The notes below the pieces were generated by a model, which saw only the letters and a program-made list of their open reading frames with translations, did not search any database and had not been told where the DNA came from. A DNA stretch of 64,000 nt, taken from contig DVIF01000057.1 of assembly GCA_018711525.1 (NCBI GenBank), positions 3,985 through 67,984 of the forward strand. The letters are read 5' to 3'. Made by a program: the position numbers and the translations under genes. The stretch's first letter is position 1, and every line of letters starts with the position of its first letter. This document shows, in pieces, positions 28,975-38,466 of the stretch. Origin of the DNA: Candidatus Ornithospirochaeta stercorigallinarum. GTDB taxonomy: Bacteria; Spirochaetota; Spirochaetia; Sphaerochaetales; Sphaerochaetaceae.

Positions 28975-30249
28975 ATGTTGAAAACCATAAGTGAGCTGGA
29001 TGATTTCTTCCTCTCCTACATGCCGTCATCCTCGAGTACAGGTTCTCTCAGGGACTCCCGTCTTGAGAGGATGGATGTAGTGCTGAAGAGACTCGGCAAT
29101 CCGGAGAGGAGCTACAAGACGATTCATCTGGCAGGAAGCAAAGGAAAAGGAACGACGGCATCGATTCTCGCTGTCGCCATAAACTGCTGCCATAAATGTG
29201 GATTATACAGAAGTCCGCATGTATATGATGTAAGGGAGAGGTTCACACTTTCGGGGGCTTTTTTCCCGGAAAGTGATTACATCGACACTGCAAACGAGAT
29301 GATGGAGAGGCTTTCATCACTTGAATTCAGACCTACCACATTCGAACTCTATACGGCATATGCATATCTCCTTTTCAAGAATGCAGGATGTGAATATGCG
29401 GTGATAGAGACAGGGCTCGGAGGGAGGCTTGATGCAACGAACACAATAGAGAGCATCATGGAGATCCTTCTTCCGATAGAGATGGAGCATACTGACATCC
29501 TTGGAGATACGATTGAGAAGATCTCTGTGGAGAAGAGCAAGATCATCAAGAGAAACAGCATCGTAGTCATCAGCGATGTCTGCAATGAAGCCTACAGCAT
29601 ATTCGAGAAGGAGGCTCAAAGCCTGGGCTGTCCCATACATTCCTTTAAAAACGAGATAAGGGGATATGAGCATGAAGAGCAAGCGGAATGCAGCATCACC
29701 TCATTCAGTATCAACGAGGAGAGCTTCACCTACAGGACGAAGCTCAGAAGTGTTGAGATAGGAAAGAACTATGCAACGGCCACCCTTGCTCTTAAATGCC
29801 TCGGCCTCATGACTAGTGATGCCGTCAGGGCGATGGAGGCTCTCAGGATCGAAGGCAGATTCGAAGAAAGAAAGGTGGACGGAAGGAAGATAGTCCTCGA
29901 TGTCGCCCATACCAAGCACAGCATGGAGAACCTTGTTTCTGCATTCAACATGATCTACGAGAGGAATAAGACCGTTGTGGTCTATTCTTCTGTTGCGGGA
30001 AAGAACTATGAGGCCATGCTCTCGGTCCTGCTGGATAATTTCAATCAGTTGATAATCACGAAGGCTGGAAGCTTCAAGAAGAGCGAACCGGAGATCCTAT
30101 ATGCCAAAGCGATGGAGATGAAGAAGCCGGATCAGAGGGTCTATCTGATTCATGATGAAAAAACGGCTTATGAGCATGCCCTCCTGCTCGGAAAGGTCAT
30201 CCTCATAACGGGCTCATTCTATCTTGTCGGTGAATTCGGAGGGATATGA
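28975..30249 (+). CDS. folC: Folylpolyglutamate synthase/dihydrofolate synthase
   Basis: 424 aa with the Mur-ligase P-loop HLAGSKGKGTT and a FolC-like domain layout. Confidence 0.8.
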   Translation: MLKTISELDDFFLSYMPSSSSTGSLRDSRLERMDVVLKRLGNPERSYKTIHLAGSKGKGTTASILAVAINCCHKCGLYRSPHVYDVRERFTLSGAFFPESDYIDTANEMMERLSSLEFRPTTFELYTAYAYLLFKNAGCEYAVIETGLGGRLDATNTIESIMEILLPIEMEHTDILGDTIEKISVEKSKIIKRNSIVVISDVCNEAYSIFEKEAQSLGCPIHSFKNEIRGYEHEEQAECSITSFSINEESFTYRTKLRSVEIGKNYATATLALKCLGLMTSDAVRAMEALRIEGRFEERKVDGRKIVLDVAHTKHSMENLVSAFNMIYERNKTVVVYSSVAGKNYEAMLSVLLDNFNQLIITKAGSFKKSEPEILYAKAMEMKKPDQRVYLIHDEKTAYEHALLLGKVILITGSFYLVGEFGGI

Positions 30250-31649
30250 TGCTTAACTACAAGGAAGTGGAGCTGCTGCTGTCTGAGATTCCATTCCAGG
30301 ACAGCTACATACAGGACATAAGGGAGAGCGACTACCACAGCTTCACCCTCTCGTTTTTCAACAAGGAGGAGAAGGCTTATGATGTCTATTTCGAGATTGC
30401 GACAGAGGATGCACACTTCTCCCTTACAAAAAGGACGAGGAGGAAAAGCAGTACGATGCAGCGCTTTACACAGTTCCTGAAGTCCAGGATAATCGGAGCG
30501 CGTATAATCGAAGTCAGGCAGGCCCCATGGGACAGGGCTTTTCATTTCAAGCTTCTCAAGGCAGAGAGGATCTTCTTCATCCTTTTCAGATTCTATTCCG
30601 GCCCGGGTGCGAACATAATCGTCTACGATGAGAACCTCATTATCGAGGATTTGATGTTCCGTCGTCCTAAGCGCAATGAGATGAGCGGCAGTACTCTTGT
30701 CCTTGAAGAAAGGACTTTTCCCCCTGAGAAGGAGTTCTTTGTAAGAGTCCATCCTGAAGAAATCACATTCAATGAGTTCATCGATGACTATTACTATGAA
30801 AAAGGGAGGAATGAGAACATCGAGGCTCTGAAGGCCGAAGTGGAAAAGGCACGGGAGAGGGAGCTTGGAGAGATAAGAAGGAATATCAAGAGGGCCGAAG
30901 AGAAGATCAAGAGCACCAAGGACTTTGAAGGGACGAAGAGGATCGCCGATATCCTCTCCTCCTACCTTCATATGGTGAGAAAAGGGATGAGCGAAGTCAC
31001 TCTGCTCGACTACATGAGGGATGAGAACATCACAATCCCTCTGAAGGCAGAACTGAATCCACGAGATAATCTTGAGCGCTATTACAAGAACTACCAGAAA
31101 GAGAAGAAAAGCCATGAGCTTGCTCTTGAGGAGCTGAGAAAGGAGAATGAGCGCCTTGACGAAAGGCAGTCCTACTATGAGAAGCTGCTCGCATCCCCCG
31201 ACATCAAGAAACTCAAGAGCACCTTTGACGATAACAGGAAAAGGGAAGAGAGCATAAGGCGCTACCATGGCCCGTCCTTCATAGATTCAGGATACACACT
31301 CATAGTCGGAAGGAACAGCAGGGAAAACGATGAGATACTCCGCCATGATGCCAGAGGCAACGACATATGGGTCCATGTCAGGGACTACTCAGGCGGTTAT
31401 GTGATAATCAAGACAATGAAGGGAAAGGAGGTTCCATTCTCCATAATCCTCGATGCGGCGCATCTAGCGCTGCATTATTCCAAGGCAAAGGATGAAAAAA
31501 GCGCCGACCTTTATTATACTTATGTAAAATATCTGAGAAGAGCGAAGGATGCGAAGCAGGGTCTTGTCCTGCCGACACAGGAGAAGAACCTCTTTTTGAA
31601 AGTCGAAGAAGAGAGAATGAAGCGCATCCTCGGCTTGAAGGTGGACTGA
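30246..31649 (+). CDS. NFACT-family (RqcH/FbpA-like) protein with DUF814 domain
   Basis: 467 aa. It has an N-terminal NFACT-N-like region, a central Lys/Glu coiled coil and a C-terminal DIWVHVRDYSGGYVIIK (NFACT-R/DUF814). The ATG overlaps the folC stop. Confidence 0.65.
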   Translation: MMLNYKEVELLLSEIPFQDSYIQDIRESDYHSFTLSFFNKEEKAYDVYFEIATEDAHFSLTKRTRRKSSTMQRFTQFLKSRIIGARIIEVRQAPWDRAFHFKLLKAERIFFILFRFYSGPGANIIVYDENLIIEDLMFRRPKRNEMSGSTLVLEERTFPPEKEFFVRVHPEEITFNEFIDDYYYEKGRNENIEALKAEVEKARERELGEIRRNIKRAEEKIKSTKDFEGTKRIADILSSYLHMVRKGMSEVTLLDYMRDENITIPLKAELNPRDNLERYYKNYQKEKKSHELALEELRKENERLDERQSYYEKLLASPDIKKLKSTFDDNRKREESIRRYHGPSFIDSGYTLIVGRNSRENDEILRHDARGNDIWVHVRDYSGGYVIIKTMKGKEVPFSIILDAAHLALHYSKAKDEKSADLYYTYVKYLRRAKDAKQGLVLPTQEKNLFLKVEEERMKRILGLKVD

Positions 31650-33145
31650 TGATTGATGATTCGAATATAAGGACACTCGTGATAGAGGGTGAAGAGAAAA
31701 CGGCCATAAGGATAGGTGAAAAGGAAGACAGCCTTCCAGGACATATCTTCCAGGGGGAAAAGCACGACAGCCTCATATGCAAGGATGGGACTGTCAGGGA
31801 TATCAAGTATGGCGCCATCTATAATGAAGGCATTGAGAGATATGTCTATTTCGACAAGATGGAGATCTGCTCTCTTGAGCACATTGCTTCGACACACAGG
31901 GGCAATGCACTGAAAATAATAAGGAACCTCGCAATAGCACTTGAAAGTGCAGATAAGGATTTTCTCAACCTTGAGACGGGAGTCTTCCCTCTCTACAGGA
32001 TTTTCATCTATGAGGACGACGGGGTCTTCCTGCTCTCCCCTGACATCGGGGATGTACTGAGCCTGATAAGGAGACCTGAAGAGAAGAACAGCGAGGTAAA
32101 CGCACTCATACGACGTGACAGCGAGGACAACTACCGTCTGATTGCACAGATGGGCGAGCTGCTCTATTATGCCGCAACCGGTGCTCTTCCATACATCTCA
32201 GATGATGTCAGGCTCTACAAGTACCAGGAGTTTCCACTCTCATCAGCACTCGGACTGCTCTCAGAGAGCCTTGATGAGAAGACACTCGGATTCATCAACC
32301 TGATTCTTCATGCGAAGAGACAGGAGATGAGGGATATCATGGGCAACAGAAGCCCTGCGAAGGCCCTTTCTTGGTTCATAAGCAGAAGCGAGATGCTCAA
32401 ATGGAACCTTGGAGAGAGGAAGAAAGAGGATTATGCCGTGCTCGAGGAAAGTGAGGAGTATAAAAGCTTCTCACAGAAAGCATACAGTGGAGCGAAAAGG
32501 AATACATTCTTCAGGAAGAAGGGAACCATGATGATCGTAGCTCTTATCGTAGTCGCTTTCCTTTCTGCATTCCTCTATGACTATGTATCGGCACTGCTTG
32601 AGCCCCCGGTTTCGGCAGGTGAGGATCAGGAAGGGGTTGTGATGAGCTTCTATGAGGCGCAGAACTCGCTCATGCTCGATGACATGCTCTCGGCTGTAAA
32701 GAAGACCGATGTTCCACAGGAGACCGAGGTGATGACTCTTTACGTCACCAGCCGCATGAGGATGGCCTATGAGGCCTACAACCCGATGGTAGATATCGAT
32801 AAATGGATTGATGCAGGAATGCCGGATATAAATCCAGGTGCGGTCATATACGGTGTCACCGATATAAAGCTGGAGAGAATCGATGAGGATACCATAGCCG
32901 CACACTCAGTGTGGTATACCCCGTATTCAAAGAGCGGAGACATCGAGGACGACAGCACGGACACAGAGAACCCGACATATATAACCATCTATGAAAATGA
33001 AGTCACCCAGGTATTCGATTTCACATGGAACGACAGGGGATGGTGGAACATAACCGGTGCAAAGATAACCGAATTCGAAGAAAAAGGTGAATACAGGGTG
33101 GACTACATCATGAATGAGGATAGCCCGATGCCTCAAGGAGTCTAG
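31649..33145 (+). CDS. Membrane-anchored protein with a degenerate kinase-like cytoplasmic domain (tentative)
   Basis: 498 aa with a single TM (MMIVALIVVAFLSAFLY). The segment ALKIIRNLAIALESA...IFIYEDDGVFLLSPDIGD...LIAQMGELLYYAATGALPY resembles a protein-kinase C-lobe without HRD/DFG. Start overlaps the upstream stop (TGATG). Confidence 0.45.
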   Translation: MIDDSNIRTLVIEGEEKTAIRIGEKEDSLPGHIFQGEKHDSLICKDGTVRDIKYGAIYNEGIERYVYFDKMEICSLEHIASTHRGNALKIIRNLAIALESADKDFLNLETGVFPLYRIFIYEDDGVFLLSPDIGDVLSLIRRPEEKNSEVNALIRRDSEDNYRLIAQMGELLYYAATGALPYISDDVRLYKYQEFPLSSALGLLSESLDEKTLGFINLILHAKRQEMRDIMGNRSPAKALSWFISRSEMLKWNLGERKKEDYAVLEESEEYKSFSQKAYSGAKRNTFFRKKGTMMIVALIVVAFLSAFLYDYVSALLEPPVSAGEDQEGVVMSFYEAQNSLMLDDMLSAVKKTDVPQETEVMTLYVTSRMRMAYEAYNPMVDIDKWIDAGMPDINPGAVIYGVTDIKLERIDEDTIAAHSVWYTPYSKSGDIEDDSTDTENPTYITIYENEVTQVFDFTWNDRGWWNITGAKITEFEEKGEYRVDYIMNEDSPMPQGV

Positions 33146-34019
33146 AGATTCCATCATAATCATCAGGAGAGAACCAGTTCACGTTTCTAAAGGAGCGGAA
33201 GAAGGTCATCTGCCTCTTTGCATACTGCCTTGTGGAAAGGATTATCCTCTCCCTTACCTCATCCCTGTCAAGCCCGGGGATGAAGAACTCCTTATACCCG
33301 ATCGCCTGCATCGCGGGCCATGATGGATCCGCACCCATCTCTTTAAGGGCTCTGATCTCATCCTCAAGACCGCTTTTAAACATCGCATCCACCCTCTTCT
33401 CTATCCTCCTATCCAGTTCGGCCTTCTCAAGATGGAGACCTATGATCAAGGGATCTAGCGAGGAGCGTACGGTGGTGTTCACCTTGAAAGACGAAAGCGG
33501 CCTTCCACTCTGGTAGTAGACCTCTATCGCCCTGCTTATCCTGTATATGTCATTTGGATTTATGCGCTCTGCAGATTGTAGATCAATATCCTTGAGAAAG
33601 GAGTAGGCCCACGACTTCCCCTTCTCATCAATCTCATTCTTGACCCTGTCGCGAATGAAAGGATCCGACTCAGGGGTTGATGCGACCCCGTAGAGGAACT
33701 GTCTGAAATAATAAGCAGTCCCGCCTGTAAGGAGAGGATAGCTGCCCCGTGAGAGGATGTCATCGACAAGATGCTCAGCCATCTGGCAGTATGTCCCTAC
33801 AGTAAACTGCTCATAAGGCTCAAGGATATCAATCAGATGATGTCTTATTTCCTTCTGCGTGAAATCATCCGGCTTTGCGGATGCGATATCAAGGTGCTTA
33901 TAGACCTGTACGCTGTCGGAATTGATTATCTCATAGTTTTTTCTGAACAGTGCAAGGGTCATGGCGGTCTTGCCAACCGCCGTAGGACCGAAAAGCACGA
34001 TAAGCTTTCTCTTATTCAC
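33108..34019 (-). CDS. miaA: tRNA dimethylallyltransferase
   Basis: 303 aa with P-loop GPTAVGKT, DSVQVYKHLDI and LTGGTAYY motifs. Confidence 0.9.
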   Translation of the reverse strand: MNKRKLIVLFGPTAVGKTAMTLALFRKNYEIINSDSVQVYKHLDIASAKPDDFTQKEIRHHLIDILEPYEQFTVGTYCQMAEHLVDDILSRGSYPLLTGGTAYYFRQFLYGVASTPESDPFIRDRVKNEIDEKGKSWAYSFLKDIDLQSAERINPNDIYRISRAIEVYYQSGRPLSSFKVNTTVRSSLDPLIIGLHLEKAELDRRIEKRVDAMFKSGLEDEIRALKEMGADPSWPAMQAIGYKEFFIPGLDRDEVRERIILSTRQYAKRQMTFFRSFRNVNWFSPDDYDGISRLLEASGYPHS

Positions 34020-34203
34020 CCTTGTTGTATTTGATTTCCCCTTTCAGGGCTTTATCAAGAACATAGGAGACAATCTTCTCTCCTTCCTTCTCAATCTCAT
34101 CCTTGACATCTGTGGAAGCATAGATGTTGGCTTCCTTAATGGCAACACATGTCATTTCATAAACATTCTGTTCGTTATCAATCAAGCTATCGAGTGGAAT
34201 CAC
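34012..34203 (-). CDS. rpoZ: DNA-directed RNA polymerase subunit omega (probable)
   Basis: 63 aa with N-terminal LIDNEQNVYEMTCVAIKEA resembling the omega core. It sits directly after a nucleotide-kinase gene in a yicC-kinase-rpoZ arrangement. Confidence 0.55.
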   Translation of the reverse strand: MIPLDSLIDNEQNVYEMTCVAIKEANIYASTDVKDEIEKEGEKIVSYVLDKALKGEIKYNKGE

Positions 34204-34266
34204 GTCTATCTCCTTATTAGAAAACTATATTAATATAGTTGATTATCGTTTTTATGTCGATATCCC

Positions 34267-34791
34267 CTATCTCTTTTTTTGAGCTGCTTCCTTGATTATG
34301 AGATCGGCGATCTCCTCCGGCCTTCTGTAGTCCGTATCGATTACGATGTCTGCAATCTTGTCGTAGTCGTTGTTGTTGATCCCGTAGATCCTCTCATATC
34401 GTGCACTGTCATGCTCGTCGCGCTCCTTCGTCTCCTTGTATTTATCGGCGAATGAGCCTCCTTCCCTCTTTAAAACCCTCTCTGCCCTGGTCTTCTCGCT
34501 GGCTTTGAGGTAGACCTTCAGGTCGGCCTCTTCAAGCATCCAGATTGCAAGTCGGGAGCCAAGGACGCAATCCTCTTCCGCCATTGCCATCTCGACCTGT
34601 CTCCTATCGAGCTCCTTGTCGATAGAGTCATCACCTTCCGCCATCTGACAGAACTGCCGGAAATCAACACCCCTCTCCTCGGCCATCTGACGGAATGTGA
34701 AATTAATCATCTTGCAGCCAAGCTTTTCGGCTACAAGCTTGCTTACAGTAGTATTTCCGCAACCACTCTTACTTGAAATAGCAATCCTCAT
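34267..34791 (-). CDS. Cytidylate kinase family protein, archaeal/short type, atypical P-loop
   Basis: 174 aa that aligns by eye with short CMP kinases (VSKLVAEKLG, FRQMAEERG, RAERV, RYERIYGI). The P-loop reads SKSGCGNTT, with Asn where the Walker A Lys is expected. Confidence 0.65.
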   Translation of the reverse strand: MRIAISSKSGCGNTTVSKLVAEKLGCKMINFTFRQMAEERGVDFRQFCQMAEGDDSIDKELDRRQVEMAMAEEDCVLGSRLAIWMLEEADLKVYLKASEKTRAERVLKREGGSFADKYKETKERDEHDSARYERIYGINNNDYDKIADIVIDTDYRRPEEIADLIIKEAAQKKR

Positions 34792-35651
34792 TCTATGTTC
34801 CTCAACTGTTCTCTTATGTTCTCTATACTGTCTTTCATGACTATCGTCATGCTTGAAATAGATGCCATGCTGCTCTTGCTGGCAATCGTATTCGTCTCCC
34901 TGTTCATCTCCTGGGCGAGGAAATCGAGGCGCTTGCCGACGGCATCATCACTCTCAAGCAGGTTGAAATACTCCCTGATGTGGACGTAAAGCCTCTTTAT
35001 CTCCTCGTTGATTGAATACTTGACCATCATCAGAGTCACCTCTTCCACAAGACGGCTTTCATCGATCTCCTTATCCGCTACGAGCTCATTATAACGCTCT
35101 GTAAAGAGATTTTTAAAGTATTCCTCTATCTCAGCACTCTTTCCGTTTATATAATCCACAGAAGATTTGAAATCATTGCCAAGTCTCAAAAGGTCTTCAT
35201 ACGTCCCTTTGCCTTCCCTTTCCTTTGCCTTGTCAAGCATCACGAGGGCATCTGAGAGAGCACTGTCCAGCCCTCTCTTGTAGACTTCTGCATCATCGCT
35301 CTTGACAAGGGTCAGAACACCATCCGAGCCCAGATAATCTGAAAAAAGAGGACTCTTTCCGGTCTCCTCTTCGATTACTGAGAAGGCATTCATATATTCT
35401 TTCAGCGCAGCTCTGTCGACATTCACACTTACAGATGCCTCCAGGACCTTGAGACGCACGCTCAGGTCTATGTGCCCCCTTTTCGCCACATTCTTTATCT
35501 GGGAGTCGATATAGTTCTCATATTGAGAGAGCGTATAGCTTATGTTGTGCTGGATTTCAAGATAGCGGCTGTTGTAGCTCTTCATCTCGACTTCAAGGAC
35601 GTAGTTCTCATCCTTGTAGATCCCATAGCCGTAACCGGTCATGCTTCTCAT
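34788..35651 (-). CDS. yicC: YicC/YloC family endoribonuclease
   Basis: 287 aa with MTGYG at the N-terminus and EEIKRL...FLAQEMNRETNTIASKS at the C-terminus, both hallmarks of YicC. Confidence 0.85.
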   Translation of the reverse strand: MRSMTGYGYGIYKDENYVLEVEMKSYNSRYLEIQHNISYTLSQYENYIDSQIKNVAKRGHIDLSVRLKVLEASVSVNVDRAALKEYMNAFSVIEEETGKSPLFSDYLGSDGVLTLVKSDDAEVYKRGLDSALSDALVMLDKAKEREGKGTYEDLLRLGNDFKSSVDYINGKSAEIEEYFKNLFTERYNELVADKEIDESRLVEEVTLMMVKYSINEEIKRLYVHIREYFNLLESDDAVGKRLDFLAQEMNRETNTIASKSSMASISSMTIVMKDSIENIREQLRNIE

Positions 35652-35655
35652 TGCC

Positions 35656-36327
35656 CTACTCCTCCTTATTTGAAAGCTCTATTTCGAATACTACATCACT
35701 TGGTGTGATATAAGGGACGACATCGTCGATGCCCTTGATGTCTATCACAGCCGAAAGACGTTTCACAACAGGAGAGAAGACCACCCTCTCCAGTGCCTTC
35801 TTCAGCCTCTCCTCATCAGAAGATCCTTTTCTAATCAGGAACAAAAGGTCTACGTTCTGGAACGCAGAGGCGAGAGCATGCATGTCATCATATCTGTCGA
35901 AAGAGAAGATTACAATGGTTCTCAGCCGTGCCCTGCGGCTTGAGATTATCGCCCTGACATCACGTGCATCATGGGCAATATAGAACATATCATTCTCAAG
36001 CTCTACATCATCGAGTCTCTGCAGATCAAGTCCGTACTCCCGGGCAAGGGCGTAGGCCAAGGGTGCGGTATCGACATCATGGTAGCTGAAGACGACTGAA
36101 GGACTATAGGCATCTGCATAGAGATCCTCCCCCATGGCGCGGATATCTTCTTCTCCGTATCTTATCCCGTCGATGGAAGAATCCATTCCAGATGGGATGA
36201 ACAGCTTCACTCCACATTCATATTCAAAGTCAGGGGTATCTGCAACAATCCCTTCGGCTTTCTCAAGTCCAAGGGCCCTGACAAGCGACTCGATCTTCTT
36301 TTTCCTAAGCAGTGAATAGACTTTCAT
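35656..36327 (-). CDS. Hypothetical protein
   Basis: 223-aa ORF in the same operon string. No recognisable motif. Confidence 0.5.
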   Translation of the reverse strand: MKVYSLLRKKKIESLVRALGLEKAEGIVADTPDFEYECGVKLFIPSGMDSSIDGIRYGEEDIRAMGEDLYADAYSPSVVFSYHDVDTAPLAYALAREYGLDLQRLDDVELENDMFYIAHDARDVRAIISSRRARLRTIVIFSFDRYDDMHALASAFQNVDLLFLIRKGSSDEERLKKALERVVFSPVVKRLSAVIDIKGIDDVVPYITPSDVVFEIELSNKEE

Positions 36328-36385
36328 AAATTAACAAAAAACAGCCCCATGAAGAGAGGCTGATTCAATAAAAACCCAAAATAAT

Positions 36386-36550
36386 CTACTTTGAGAGTTT
36401 TGCGTTGCAGCTCTTGCAAACCTTGACCTTCTGACCATCAATCTCCCTTTCATAAAGGCATTTGATAGCTGTTCTCTTACATACAGGGCACTCTGCTCTA
36501 CCGTTGTTGAACTGGTCACGGATTCCTGTTCCTCTATGCGATTTGGACAT
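36386..36550 (-). CDS. Small zinc-ribbon protein (54 aa), not in the ORF track
   Basis: My translation: MSKSHRGTGIRDQFNNGRAECPVCKRTAIKCLYEREIDGQKVKVCKSCNAKLSK*. It has CPVC...CKSC pairs and AGGAG 7 nt upstream of the ATG. It heads the minus-strand operon. Confidence 0.5.
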   Translation of the reverse strand: MSKSHRGTGIRDQFNNGRAECPVCKRTAIKCLYEREIDGQKVKVCKSCNAKLSK

Positions 36551-36672
36551 TCTGTACTCCTACATTGAAATTTCTACCTTGAAAATATAGCAAATTGAAA
36601 TATCCATAGTCAATAGAAAAGATTGGTGCGCAAAGCACTAAATATGATAATATCAACAAAAAAGGAATATAA

Positions 36673-37806
36673 ATGAAAAACAAGCTCTTCTTTGCACTAT
36701 GTGCTGTTCTAATGGTACTTCTCGGCACCAGCGATGCACTGAGGGGTGTATTCTCCCCTCTTTTCCTCTCATCCTTCGGTTTTTCCGAGGCGATGGTAGG
36801 AGTGATCGTTTCCGCATCATACCTGGGTAACCTCGTATTCCTTCTAATCGGAGGCAATATACTGGACAGGCTCGGCATAAGGAAAAGCATGTTCTTTTTC
36901 ATCATCATGATGGCTCTCTCACTATGCCTGCTTCTCTTCGGCTATGAATATTCCATCCTGATTGCAGGCTTTTTCCTGACACTCGGACTATCGACACTGC
37001 TCAATACGAGCATAAACATCGCTTCGGACAATTTCAGCGATAATAATTCACTATCGTATCTGAACATCCTCTTCTTCATCCAGGGCATAGGCACATCAGG
37101 CTCCCAGCTGCTTCTATCCCCTTATGCAGATTCTAAAAAGGCATGGAACATCACACTCATTGTGCTTGCATCCCTGATGATTCCCATACTGATGATGCTT
37201 ATGCGGACAAATCTGGATGAAAAGAAGGGAAAAGCACAGATAAATGAGAAGACAGAGGGGAAGATAAGCTATATCCCGCTCCTCATCCTCATCCTCTCCC
37301 TCTCATTCTATACCATAGCGGAGCATGGGGTGACGAACTACATAATCAGCTATGGAATAGCACTTGGAAGGGATAGTGCAGAGATGGGAAGATACCTTGC
37401 TCTCTATTCCCTCGGAATAATGAGCGGCCGTCTCATACTCGGCTCCCTGATTTCAAGGACAGGTGCTGAAAGGATGCTCCTTTCCTCCCTGATCGTTGGA
37501 AGCATCTCCTTCTTCCTTATATTCTACTCATCGATGCTTGCCCTGACATTCGTTGCAGGATTTGCAATCTCGGTCTTCTATCCGACAATTGTCGCATACT
37601 CAAGGCACTTCGTCCCATCCTCATTCGACTCCAGGGCAACTACAATCGTCGTAAGCCTTGCCAGCATATTCGACATCATCTTCAACTTCTCATTCGGATT
37701 CGTAATCGAGAACATGGGATTCTTTTATGCGATGAGGATCCTCCCCATCACAATCATCCTATCCCTTTTGTTCTCGCTTCCACTGCTTGTAGGAAAAAAA
37801 AGATGA
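36673..37806 (+). CDS. MFS transporter
   Basis: 377 aa with about 12 TM segments and the MFS loop motif GGNILDRLGIRK between TM2 and TM3. Confidence 0.8.
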   Translation: MKNKLFFALCAVLMVLLGTSDALRGVFSPLFLSSFGFSEAMVGVIVSASYLGNLVFLLIGGNILDRLGIRKSMFFFIIMMALSLCLLLFGYEYSILIAGFFLTLGLSTLLNTSINIASDNFSDNNSLSYLNILFFIQGIGTSGSQLLLSPYADSKKAWNITLIVLASLMIPILMMLMRTNLDEKKGKAQINEKTEGKISYIPLLILILSLSFYTIAEHGVTNYIISYGIALGRDSAEMGRYLALYSLGIMSGRLILGSLISRTGAERMLLSSLIVGSISFFLIFYSSMLALTFVAGFAISVFYPTIVAYSRHFVPSSFDSRATTIVVSLASIFDIIFNFSFGFVIENMGFFYAMRILPITIILSLLFSLPLLVGKKR

Positions 37807-37867
37807 AAATGACCAGGCATAGGACCTGGTCAAAGAAAAAACAAATGGGAATATATGAAAAAAGCAA

Positions 37868-38233
37868 TCACTCTTTTCTTTCGTCATCACCCTCACTAAG
37901 GGATGAGTCGATCACATTCTCATGCACTCTTTTCCTCTCCTCTTTCCTATCAACACACTCCCTCTTCTCATCTTTTTTACTGCTTGAGAAATAGATTGTG
38001 AAACCAAGCATCACGAAAGAGCATATGAGAAGGGACCTGCCGAGTGTAAAGAGGATGCTGCCCACGTTGGAGGCATTGGAACTTGAATAGCTCACATAGT
38101 ACGAGAAGAATCCATGGCTGTAATGATACGTCACCGGGTTGAGGATCATGTTCACTCCGAATGCAATCAATGCAATTGAAGCTACAAACAGGATTATCGT
38201 TATTATCATGCTGATTAGTGTTTGTCTGTTCAT
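37868..38233 (-). CDS. Hypothetical small membrane protein
   Basis: 121 aa with two hydrophobic helices and a charged Lys/Glu-rich C-terminal tail. Confidence 0.4.
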   Translation of the reverse strand: MNRQTLISMIITIILFVASIALIAFGVNMILNPVTYHYSHGFFSYYVSYSSSNASNVGSILFTLGRSLLICSFVMLGFTIYFSSSKKDEKRECVDRKEERKRVHENVIDSSLSEGDDERKE

Positions 38234-38466
38234 TTCTTTCTCCTTTACAGCATCTAATGTAGGATAAAAAGACTGAAAAGGAAACAGACTTCAATAAATC
38301 TATAAAAAACTACAAGAAAATGAAAAATAAATGAAATTCAAAGCCTAAAATTTCCTTTGCCATCAAAAAAAGGCATGTTAGAATTACTAAAAGATCATGT
38401 GATGGAGACATCACGAATGGCCGGATGCCTCCTTACTGCTCTGTTTACAAGGAGGGAAGAATATTC

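Noticed and set aside
30219-31268. 349-aa ORF antisense to the NFACT-family gene
   Set aside because: It lies entirely within and opposite a gene with recognisable domains and translational coupling. It has no RBS, and its sequence is low-complexity with no motif. It is a typical shadow ORF of a purine-rich (Lys/Glu codon) sense strand.
36331-36519. 62-aa track ORF (MTSSTTVEQSALYV...)
   Set aside because: It has no RBS and no motif. The overlapping 54-aa frame (36386..36550) has a strong AGGAG and a Zn-ribbon pattern, so I prefer that frame.
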